A stretch of 64,000 bases of DNA from Glaucostegus cemiculus (Eukaryota): the NCBI GenBank assembly GCA_976551045.1, contig CDPCPM010000196.1, positions 3,162,001-3,226,000 on the forward strand, given 5' to 3'. Under the pieces are notes generated by a model. That model was not told the DNA's origin. It saw only the letters and a list, made by a program, of their open reading frames with translations, and did not search any database. Positions 12,161-22,673 of this stretch are shown here, piece after piece (the first letter of the stretch is position 1; every line of letters begins with the position of its first letter). The position numbers were made by a program, and so were the translations under genes.

Positions 12161-12199
12161 TGTTCTGAGGCATGTCTATATCATGACGGTGAGGGTGTC

Positions 12200-13540
12200 A
12201 GATGTATTGAAAACAAATAAATATGTATAAACTTCCAGGACCTGAGGCATTTATACCAGCAGACTGAGGATGGCAACTGAGAAACTGCTGGGCTTTTAAA
12301 TGATTTTTTATATCTTCCTTTGCTGCAAACAGGGGCCCAGAGCACTGGAGAATTGCCAATTGTGATATTTTGTTCAAGACGTGCAGGAACAATATTCTTG
12401 GGACTGATCACCAGGTTTGGTAGTTAAACGACTGGAGATGATTCTCAAGGACAGGATTTACACGGATGTGGGAAATCTTGGCCTTATTAAGAAAAAACGG
12501 GATGTCTTTGTCTGGAAACAGCTTGCCATTCTATTTTATGAAGAAGTGAGAAAAACAATTGGCAAAGGTTTGGGCACTAGAGCTTGCTGCATGGACTTGA
12601 GTAAAGCACTTGACGATGTTCACTGTGTTATGCTAGTTCAGAAGATTAAGTAAATGGAATTCAGCTGGCGAATGCGATCTGCTGCAAGTTTTGGTGGTGT
12701 GAAATTCGAAAAGGAGGATTACAACGACACATGTGAAGTGACGGATTTTCGGAGGGAAAACTACAAGAGGAAGGAATACAGTAAATGGCGGGATACTTTG
12801 GTACATTATGCATTGTACGATCCTCGGATGCAGGATCTCAGCTCCTTGAAAGCAGCAACGCAAGTGAATAGTGCGGTAAAGATGGCGCATGAAATTGATG
12901 TCTTGGTCACGGTACTCCAGGTGTGTTCTGACCCACTATTTTTATCCAGCTGTATTATGCCTTGCAAACGTTATACTGAATGTCCCGACATATGCCATAC
13001 TGTGTGCACTTCTGCTTGTCACATTACAGTAAGAATGGGGAGGATCTGTCGGATAGGTACACCGGGATATAGACCATACTAGACTGCATAAGGGAAAATA
13101 AGAGGTTGGACAGATTTCTGTTTAATTTTTTTCTGGAGCGTCTACGGATGAAAGACATCCTGAGAGAGATATAATACTTACGAGATGCATCTGCAGAGAA
13201 GAAAACCAGTGTCTTTATTTTTCGTCCCAGTGTCGAAAGGTCATTCACAAGAAGGCATAGGTTTAATGCGGGAGGAGGGAAATTTTTTATGGGATTTGCG
13301 AGGCAAGTTTTGTTTTACACAGGAAATGTAAGTGACTGGATCACTCTGCCAGTGGACGTGGTGGAAACAAATTGGAAAAGATGTTCAGAGGCACTTATAC
13401 AGACACACGAAGAGAAAGTGGATACTGTGATACGAACCATGTGCAGCAAGACGGGTTATATTTTAGATTAGCACTCTGGTTAGCAAGGACACGATAGGCA
13501 GAAGCACCTATTCCTGTGCAGTAATGATCTTTGTTATTTG
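12200..13540 (+). mobile_element. Degenerate CR1-like LINE (paralogous copy at ~24300-25620)
   Basis: ORF 12417 'LEMILKDRIY...CMDLSKALDDV...LVQKIK' is a CR1 RT motif, followed by 'CEVTDF' and a CR1 3' UTR-like end. Confidence 0.7.
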
Positions 13541-14026
13541 GAGTAACTCACTTAAAGAGAATGTCAGTGTTTCGCTATCTTGTTCAATTAATCTGATGTT
13601 CTTTACTTCAACATACAAACAACTCTCAATTGAGTACCATGTGCAGAATCACAGGTCAAAACTCTTCGATTTTGTTTGGTTAAAATTTCGCTGACAAAGT
13701 ATCTGTACAGTTATATGAAATTGCATTGGATTTTACCTGTATCTGAATAGATTTTCAACGGATTTGTAACAAATGTTCCGCCAAGTAATTTAAATTTTGT
13801 CCGATGAAAGAGAATAGAAAGCTACACTTTGCGTATTTAATAAAAAAAACTAAGTGCACTCTTTTCATAAATAATGCTTTAAAGGAAATCTTAAGGAATA
13901 ATTCGGCCTCTAACTCGTATTGTTCTCAACTGAGAAATGCATGCTATGTCATTTCTGATCCTGCGTCAAAAATAGCCATGATCGGCAGCAGTAAACAAAA
14001 CGCGGCTTTCTCAGAGGGATCAGGAG

Positions 14027-14090
14027 ACTGGATAATTCCAATCATTTTTTTGTGCTCATTCTTCCCTGGAGGCTTTGCTCACATACACAT
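14027..14090 (+). promoter_or_regulatory. Promoter homologue of locus C, with degenerate TATA (TACACAT)
   Basis: GATAATTC at 14031 and TCCCTGGAG at 14063. TACACAT at 14084 lies 78 nt before ATG 14162, where B and D have TATAAAT. Confidence 0.55.
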
Positions 14091-15120
14091 AAGACATACA
14101 TTTAAATGCAAGAGATCTGCACATCTGTCCCACGCACCAGAAACGTGGCCTGTCTCCGATTATGCAGTTTGCTTTAAAGTTACTGACTGAACTCATTTAC
14201 TACCATATTCTTGTCATAATTGGCGTTCCTGGTAAGCTCGTTATAGAATTTTGTAATAGAAATATTACTCTATGTTTTACTTGTTACCTATTTTCGAAAA
14301 TGCTAGAAAATGTTTCAGGTTTCTTCCAAATTGGTAATACAAATATCCAACTGGAAAAAATATTGCTCCGGACTTTGAACATTACGGCTTTAGATGAATC
14401 AGCTTCCGTATGTGAGTCGCCCTTGAAATTTATTGCATAATCATTCAAACAAATACATGACTAGATTGTTGAAATTTGCTCCCCGAAGCAGAAAATTGTG
14501 GTTTCCACGTTTCCAAAACTAACAAAAGGAAATTTTCTCTTCGCAAACGATGAATGTTCTTTGCTAATGACAGTTCGTCCCTTTCTCTATCCTTCAAACA
14601 AATCTAATCAATTCGACGCGCTGAGTCCCTCCAGCGCATTGTTTGCTGTTCCACTTCCCAGCATCTGCAGTCTCGCGTCTCCAAACCTAATAATCTGTCC
14701 CCGTACGTGAAAGAGCAGACGAATACAAAGGTCAGAAGAACGCTCATCCCGCCAACACCGGGCCACGAAGACGTTCGCCGTTTGCACTCATCCACGCAGC
14801 TGGATGGATGATTGCAAACGACATTATCGCTCATAATCCGATCAGTTTGCATTTTATTCTACTGAAAATCAGGACTACCTTTCCAAGCATCGTCTTGTCG
14901 TGCATACTCCAAGGTGGCTTTGCTGCAATCTATTTTAAAATTTCTACCTGCAGCAGGAGATAGGTGGACATCCTGTACACCATATGCCATTGCCAGCCTA
15001 ACCCATTGACTCTCGGTAACTGCAAAGGGTTCGGTTACTCTCCAGACCGACACCCTTCATGCTGAAAGTTAGAAAGTAATTTTGTCATTTCTCGATATAC
15101 AAACGAACGGCGGCATATGT

Positions 15121-15256
15121 NNNNNNNNNNNNNNNNNNNNNNNNNNNNNNNNNNNNNNNNNNNNNNNNNNNNNNNNNNNNNNNNNNNNNNNNNNNNNNNN
15201 NNNNNNNNNNNNNNNNNNNNNNNNNNNNNNNNNNNNNNNNNNNNNNNNNNNNNNNN
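15121..15256. other. Assembly gap (N run) in the intron of C
   Basis: N characters. Confidence 1.
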
Positions 15257-16207
15257 TAAATACAATAATGGCTATGGGGAAACCTTCATATACGACCGTT
15301 CTTTCATAACGCTAATGCACATGGAAGTTTCCTCGCTCGCAATGCAATCAATGGTAGTATTTATTCGGCGTAACATTCCAAAACATTCCAAGCATTTTAT
15401 TCATGGCATTTTCCGAGAATGACACAATTCCAGGAGAAGTTTAATTTTAATTTGTATTATGCTCGCTCCCAATGTTTGTTTGAAAGTGGCAATGATACCA
15501 TAGGACACTGACTCATACATGCAGTCGACGGAGTCACGATATTAAGTTGAGTTTAAAATCTGGGCTTAAACTATTTCTTGACAGCCTTCTGTAAACGTAA
15601 GTATATTTGAAAAAGGAAAGAAAAATACATTTGCATAAAATAAAAACAAAATATGAGAAACTGACAAGCCCAGGTCTGTGCTAATTTGATCTGGCTTCCA
15701 AATGGCAACAATTCAACTGATTCAGAAGCGTCCGTCTAGAGATTTCGGAGAGAATTGGAGCTGAGTTTCTGCCAGCTGTCTGAACGTATTCTGCTGAGTC
15801 GCCAAAGCTGGGAACTTTAAATATCCTTGGATTGAAATTCGACCTCATATTATAGAGAAACTTTCTATACTTTCAGTAGTTGAGATGAAGATGACACTCT
15901 TATAGTATATCTGCGTGAGCATCACATTACGCGGTTTAGGATGCACTTCGTGCAACTGCAAGAGGTTTTGGGCACTGCAGCTGATCTCGCCGTAGGGGAC
16001 AACTGTCAGGTTGCAAATGTATATTTGCACGAATTCAGAATCTGTACGCAATCTAGCGGATCTAAGAGGGCGACGTTCTCTGTACCTGATCCATCAGATG
16101 TATTCCAGTTATCAGTTTCATCTCCTAAAACTCGCCCAGGTTGAAAGATGGTAAGGCGAGCTGGGATTTCTAAATCAAGTAACCTTGAAGTGCTGAATTG
16201 GTGTAGG

Positions 16208-16750
16208 ACATAGAACGCTGCAGCGCGGTACAGGCTCTTCGGCCGAGAATGTTGTGCCGACATTTTATCCTGCACTGAGATCTATCTAATCCTTGCCTCT
16301 CACACAGCTCCCCATTTCTGTTTCATGCATGTATCTATCTCAGATTCTTTTAAATATCCAAAATGTATCTGCCACGCAACCTCTGCAGGTAGTGCATTCC
16401 ACGTACCTATCACTCACTCTGTAAACAAAAATGTACCCGTGACATCCCCATTATACTTTCCTCTCATTACCTTAAAATTAATCCCCTCGTGTTGCCATTG
16501 CCGCCCTGAGGAAAATGTCTCTGACTCTCCACTCGATCTATGCCTGTTATCTTCTTGTACTCCTCTCTCAAGTCACCTGTCATCCTCCTTCTCTCCAAAG
16601 AGAAAAGCCCGAGCTCACTCAACCTATCCTCTTCAGTCATTCTCTCCAATACAGGAAACATACCTGTACATCTCCTCTGTAATCACTGTAAAGCTTGCAC
16701 ATCCTTCTTATAATAGGGCAAGCAGAACTAAACACAATTATCCTGAAATA
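16208..16750 (-). mobile_element. CR1-like LINE 3' end inserted in the intron of C (absent from D)
   Basis: ORF 16467-16661 'EDRLSELGLFSLERRRMTGDLREEYKKITGIDRV' is the CR1 ORF2 C-terminus; there is an acatagaac tail at the left end. Confidence 0.85.
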
Positions 16751-17129
16751 TCCTGAAATATTTCATTCTTATATTTTTCAGCTAGATTTCGACAACTTTG
16801 CAGTTACCAGAGATATTGTCAACAATTCATCAGGATTCCTGCTGTTTATTCTGTGCTATGAGGATATTACGTTGAGCTGATGCTAACTATCCTTTGTCTA
16901 TGTTGGGCCTGTCTAAAACAAGAATACATCTGAGGTTGTATTTCTGACCAATCGGAGAGTTTACAGTCTACAATAGTTACCATAGATTGCGTTGGAAGCA
17001 GCTACTCTCACAGCCTTTCAGAAGCATCTGCACAGCCATTATAATCGCAAAGAAACAGAAAGCTGAAAAAAAACGACGACAAAGATGAGTAGTAACAGTA
17101 AGTGCAAAGGTCCCCATAGTATGGAAGAT

Positions 17130-17540
17130 CTAATGCACAGACCGCATGAAGCTGCACAGTATTGCGGAATCAGACGGTCCCTCACGGGCACAACTCTCCC
17201 CTCCATCGAGGACATCTTCATAGTGCGGTGCCTCAAGAAGGCATCAACATCATTGAGGACGCTCACCAACCGAGACATACCCTGTTTCAATATTGCCATC
17301 TGGAAGGAGGTACAGGAGCCTAAAGACCCAAACCCAATGTTCCAGGAACAGTTTTTTCTCCATCGTGATCAGATTTCTGAACGGTCCATGTCCCATAAAC
17401 TCGATCTCGTTATTCATCTTTTGTACTATTTCCTTTATTCTTTTGTTCAGTTCTTGTCAATGTTATATCTTCAATGAACTGCTGCCGCAAAACAACAAAC
17501 ATCACGACGTATGTCAGTGAAATTCAATCTGACTCTGATC
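17130..17540 (+). mobile_element. Rex1/Babar-like LINE 3' fragment in the intron of C (paralogue ~27960-28330 in D)
   Basis: LTGTTLPSIEDIF..RCLKKA..., PSGRRYRSLKTQTQCSRNSFF, and a tctgactctga tail. Confidence 0.8.
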
Positions 17541-19399
17541 GTTTTGAAGAAATGTGATTGATGAATAATCAATCAAATTAAATACACATTGTTATAAAAA
17601 TGTGATTTAGTTGCTATTCATTTCGAATTAACATATGCTTCCTGCATTTTCTCTCCGATTACAGCTAATATGGTGACAATCTCAATCCTATCATCTGGAA
17701 AATGCGGTCACTCCAAATGCATCAACCAGTATCTATTGTGGATGGCTGCAGCTAATCTAATGCATTTGATCGTTAGCGGAATACTTTATCGGATATTCGA
17801 CCAGTACTTTCCATATTCATTTCTCCATTACACTCCTGTTTGCAGTCTTAATCTTGCCTTTATTTATGTTTCTGTTGATTGCTCTGTTTGGCTAACTGTG
17901 GCACTTACCTTTGATACATATGTTGCAATTTTTCACCAGTCATTACGGACAAAATATTGTACTGAAAAAAAGTGCAAGCATCGTTATAACAGTGGTTTGT
18001 TGCACAGGTGTTTTGCAAAATATTCCAGTGTACTTCGTGTTTGAACGTCGAGAAGAAGTTAACAAAATGCCATGGTTCTGCAGAGTAAAATCAAGCTTCG
18101 ACATCTTACCGACTTGGGCTGCATTCCTCTGGTTGGAAACTATATTAACGCTATTTTTGCCATTTCAGTTGATCCTCCTGTTCAATGCGTTGCCTATAAG
18201 GCATATTATACTGGCGAACAGTGTCAGAAGAAAACTCCGAGAAAGCAACACTGAAAAGAGGCAGACAGATCAAGAGATCGAAAACAGAAGGAAATCCATA
18301 ATCTTACTACTCACAATATCTGGAAGTTTCATTTTGTTATGGGTGGTAAATTTTGCCAGCTTCATTGCTCTCTATTTTACAGATAATCAATTGATGAACT
18401 CCGAGGATGATGATACTTTCACGATTGTAGAAGAAGTTGGTTATCAGTTAAGATTTTTAACTACCTGCACAAACGCATTCATTTGCGGTGCCTCCCAAAG
18501 CTGCTTCAGAGAGGAAATGAAAAAAATGATCAAACGTCCTCTTGCCTTAATTGCAAAAATATTCAAATAGTTCGGAACAGCAAACAATCTAGTCCGGAGT
18601 AGATGTTGTTTAATTGCTGATCAGAAATTCAAACGCATTAATCCCCAAAACACGAATACATGACGGCATACCTTTTGCCAAATCTATGTGTGATCGATTA
18701 ACTGTTTTTCAATATTGTACTTGAGCTTTCCCAAATCATGCATAACGTATGAAAACATCTCTATCTGAAATATAATAGCTGAGACAATCAGCTTTGCTGA
18801 TTTTAAAAGTGGAGTTCTATAGACCAGTTTAGTTTGTTGCAGAGATTATCCAATCTGTCGGGGCGAACCTTGTTACTTTAACTATGATGGAAAAATGCGA
18901 ACACATAACTGGTTGTGGAATATTCCTTGGAACGAAAAAAATAGCAACAATGTTTTCACTCGATGACCTCTCATCATAACTTAGAATTGTTGGAAATTAA
19001 ACGTTCTTTGACAAGAGAGGAAATCCTTTGCCGATAAAAAAATGCATGAGAATGCAGTGACGAATATAAACTGAATGACATCTGTGTTTTCTGTGTTTGC
19101 CGACAGAGGGTTACAAAAAGTGCTGGTTATCATATCCGATTGCTCCGGAGAATGTGGTGACTTGTATTAGTAGACAAGGAAACAGAACGAATGTGGTGCT
19201 GCGCAATTTGAATATGAAATACGGATAAAAGTTAAACATAAAGGAGGACAATTGTATAGTCAGAATTTCGAAGCCTCCTTGAGATTCTGAGTGGAATTGT
19301 GACGATACAATCTACTTATCTCCCAGCTCATAAACTAACTGTTGAAATATCCCTTACATTATATTTCTTCCTTGATCAGATTGCATTTAGTTAGGCAAA

Positions 19400-21930
19400 C
19401 CAAATAAGGTGAAAAATTTTAAAAGAGCCTTTCACACAGTCTTGGCTTCAATATCCCTGGTATTACCTCGGGAAATATATTTGTTGTACAAATGATGGTC
19501 AACAAATACTGATTCCCTGCCTTGGTCTTTGGCAATGGGCCAACACAATCCACAATTACCTTTGAAAAGCATTCACCAAATGCAAGAATAGTAAGTAATG
19601 GAGGCATAAGAGGTTTAGGTTTACCTGCCATTTGACATGTGTGACAATTCCCACAAAATATTACCAATCCTTTCTCGCACCAGGCCAAGAGAATTGTTTA
19701 AAAACCTTCTTTACCGTTGTTTGCACATCAAGGTGATTACCTGAAGGCATACGATGGGCCAGGCAGAAAATCTCATTGCTGAATTTCGGGGATCACATTC
19801 CTCACTAACAGGAACATCAGGAGTTTTCCACTTCAACATTAACACTCCATTTTTGAAATAATATCCAACTGGCACGTTCGCAATCTCATCAATTGAGAGT
19901 GTTTTTTTATCTCAATACAGCGAGCTCAGCGTCTTTGGCCTACTTCATCCTAAACTCTTTTCTGGATAGAGACAAATCTTTACACTCTGACTCGACACAA
20001 GTACTTTGGTCCACAAGTGAAGAAAGAAAAGTCTCTGACAAATCATCATCATCATTTGAATCTTGTTTTGGGCTGCAACAGCGAATAAATATCAGGCTGC
20101 ACAGAACCATCTGCATTGGCTGGATTCATAGCTTATCTCGAGTCACTGCACCGGATGGATAAACATCGGAATCGATCTTTAACTCATCAATAATCGGTTT
20201 GTTCGTTAGCGGCACCGCAGGGAAAAATTTACCACCTGCAAGTGCATTCCCTAATAACAAACAAACTCTTTCCACTGGTATACGAGGTCGTAGTCCTATT
20301 TTAATAAGTCCTTCTACTAACTCTGACTTGAAAATACCTTGTGCAGTTGTATAGACACAATGTCTGCTGTAATGCATCGAACTAGCTTTACCTCACCAGT
20401 GGCAGTATTGTCAACAAACTTCAAAATATTGTCCAACAAGAGGGACTGCAAGGTCTCAGTAACCCGAAGGATTTTCACAGGCAACAAGTGTGTCCCATTT
20501 TTACTAAAACGAAACCCTCTGACACAAAAGAATGAAATTTATCCCGAACTCCTTCCAACGTCTCAGAATTTGCCTCCATAGAGGACTGAGATTTATCAGC
20601 ATGTCCAGATCCCCTTCGGTTTTTAACTGTTTCAACTGTTTGCAAACAAGCATCTGGCACTGCCTCCTTTTCCTTCCTTTTCTTCAGGAGGGAAAAATTA
20701 GCTAAAACATGACCACGTTTCTTACAAAAATAACACGGACGATCAGCAGGTGTCTCTAATACTTGCTTCCGATTATTTTTGCCCTACATACTACGTCCCA
20801 ATTTGATTTCTGGTTCACCTGAATTATCCACACTACTCTTCTGGAAGGTCTCAGTTTGTCCCATTTTATATTTGCGAGTTAAAGCAAACTCAGTAGCTGA
20901 CTCAGCATCTTCGAGCAATGTTTCCAATTCCTTCTCATATAAATGTGTTTGTAAGTCACTCTGGACACACCTTTTAACTTTTTCCACAAAAATCAACTCT
21001 TTCAATCTTTGATAATCCTCATTTGTACTTTGATAGTGCACCATTTCAAAACGCAAACTCTATTCGCTAGCAAACAACATTTCAGTCTGGTTCACATATT
21101 TCTTCAGATTCCTGAAATTTGGCTGTACGCTTCAGCAACCAATTCAGAAAAGCTAGGCACAGCCTGTTTTATTGTATCATAGTCAGCCGCCTCACTAACG
21201 GATAGGGCAAAATAACCATGTTGCGCTTTACCTCTTATTACACTTAGTAACATAAGAGACCAACTGCAAAGTGGCCACATTTAACTCTGAGCATTTTTTT
21301 TTCAAAATATTGAAAATACTGATCAAGCTGATCTTGCTCAAATGGAGGGACTAATCGAACCTTCCTGCTGGCCATAAGGTTACCACCATAAACATAAACA
21401 AAACCCCCACGCTTCGTCATTTCTAACTCATGCTGCCGTTCTTACTCCTGTTCCTCCGTCTCTAAAATTATCTTCTGCACTTGCACCTCCAGCTTCCTGA
21501 CTTCTATATCTAGTCTACTTTCTTCTGTCTCAGTCTCTATCTTCTTTTCTTCTAACTGAATCTGGGCCATCTTCACCTGTACCTCAGAGATCTGATTACA
21601 CTCTAGGAAAATTTTCTAACATGCTCTTATCAAACACCCTCTCATCCTCATAATATGCAACTATCAGTCTTGGAATATCTGGCTCTTTCATAGATCGCTT
21701 TGCTGCTTCAAGTTTTAACGTTCTGGCAACGCTCAACAACTCTTCCTTCCACGCCCTGTGCGATCCAACAAGTGTTCGTGATTCCATTATGCATCAACAT
21801 CCATGGCTGCTGGTTTTCGCACACACAAGCCAATCAAAAGGAAATGTATCAGATGAATAATCTCCAAGTTGTTTCAAACACAGACCGCTTGTACCGCTCT
21901 TGAGTTCCATCCCGGACGAGTCCTCAATTT
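19400..21930 (-). mobile_element. Degenerate Gypsy (Gmr1-like) LTR retrotransposon internal region: gag, CCHC knuckle, protease, integrase; 3'-truncated
   Basis: Gag 'YQRLKELIFVEKVKRCVQSDLQTHLYEK' (20784-21056), knuckle CYFCKKRGH (~20710-20736), protease-region 'SELVEGLIKIGLRPRIPVERVCLLLGNALAGG' (20126-20377) and integrase 'CHTCQMAGKP...VIVDCVGPLPKTKAGNQYLLTIIC' (19419-19688). Confidence 0.9.
21909..21926 (-). promoter_or_regulatory. Primer-binding site complementary to the tRNA-Pro 3' end
   Basis: Minus strand tgaggactcgtccgggat vs canonical tgggggctcgtccgggat, 4 nt from the LTR boundary. Confidence 0.8.
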
Positions 21931-22673
21931 TGTTCCCTGCCGGCAACAAAAGAAACACAATGATCCATGATTAAATGTTCGACTCAATTTATAAGTAACT
22001 ACGTGTAACAATAAAGAAGAAAAATCGTAAGGTATTACACCTTAAAAAAAAAACAACCAAAATATGTTTGTGGCAAATCCACAAACCACCCAGTCGAAAA
22101 CAGTTCTCAAAGTTCAGTTTCGTTAGTCACGATGCAAGACAATGTGCCAACGCTATTGAAACCCACGTTGGAATGCAGAGAAAATGCAGGAAGAAGGATT
22201 TTACGAATTCCACAAGTTCCACAATGGAACCAATACGACACCCCAATCACCGAAGATCTCCCTTACTTTGTTCCGAAGTATCTGCCACACCGAGGGCACT
22301 CGATACTTGACCGTCCACAGATACACAAGATTCCCGGTACAGAGTAACGACAAAGTGGACTCCAGAGATTGCTCCAAAATACATGCATGAATTGTAAAGT
22401 GACACTCAGAACGATTGTGATCCACTCACAGATGCAGAAACTGGCAGTCAGTGCCACCAACACTCATGACTCTCTCTCTCTATCTATCTATCTTGCTACT
22501 TTCTGTCAGTGTCTGCAGTTTCCAGTACTTCAGTGAATCCGCCTTCGGACACTTGTATTATTACAGTTATAGAAGCTTGCTTCTCCCACTCCCAGCAATC
22601 ATACAAAACCACACACACTACCGTACAGGTGCCTTAAAGGGACACTCACCAAGTAGCAACCTGGCTCGTAACA
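21931..22673 (-). mobile_element. 5' LTR of the Gypsy/Gmr1-like element
   Basis: Plus-strand TGTT...TAACA termini, directly adjacent to the PBS. Homology to the C-unit flank resumes just after it. Confidence 0.75.

Larger units (their letters stand above)
14162..18570 (+). pseudogene. Locus C: GPR139-like GPCR, exons 14162-14231 and 17665-18570, frameshifted
   Basis: Exon 1 reads MQFALKLLTELIYYHILVIIGVP g|gtaag and the acceptor is ttacag|. A +1 A in the run at 17965-17971 (7 A vs 6 in D) splits exon 2 into ORFs 17670-18044 and 17911-18570. The DRF motif is changed to DTY. Confidence 0.85.
10200..19250 (+). repeat. Tandem duplication unit containing locus C (paralogous to ~22740-30080, containing D)
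   Basis: Collinear non-coding homology, e.g. 10310 gcactacaatatc vs 22819, 11380 gagaaccggttc vs 23476, 13620-14160 vs 25700-26240, and intron and 3' flank matches. Boundaries are approximate. Confidence 0.85.

Noticed and set aside
15035-15422. ORFs spanning the N run (also 36392-36740)
   Set aside because: These are artefacts of translating assembly gaps; only the exon-1 part at 36434-36503 is real.
21909-21926. tRNA-Pro fragment
   Set aside because: It is an 18-nt match adjacent to an LTR, so it is a primer-binding site.
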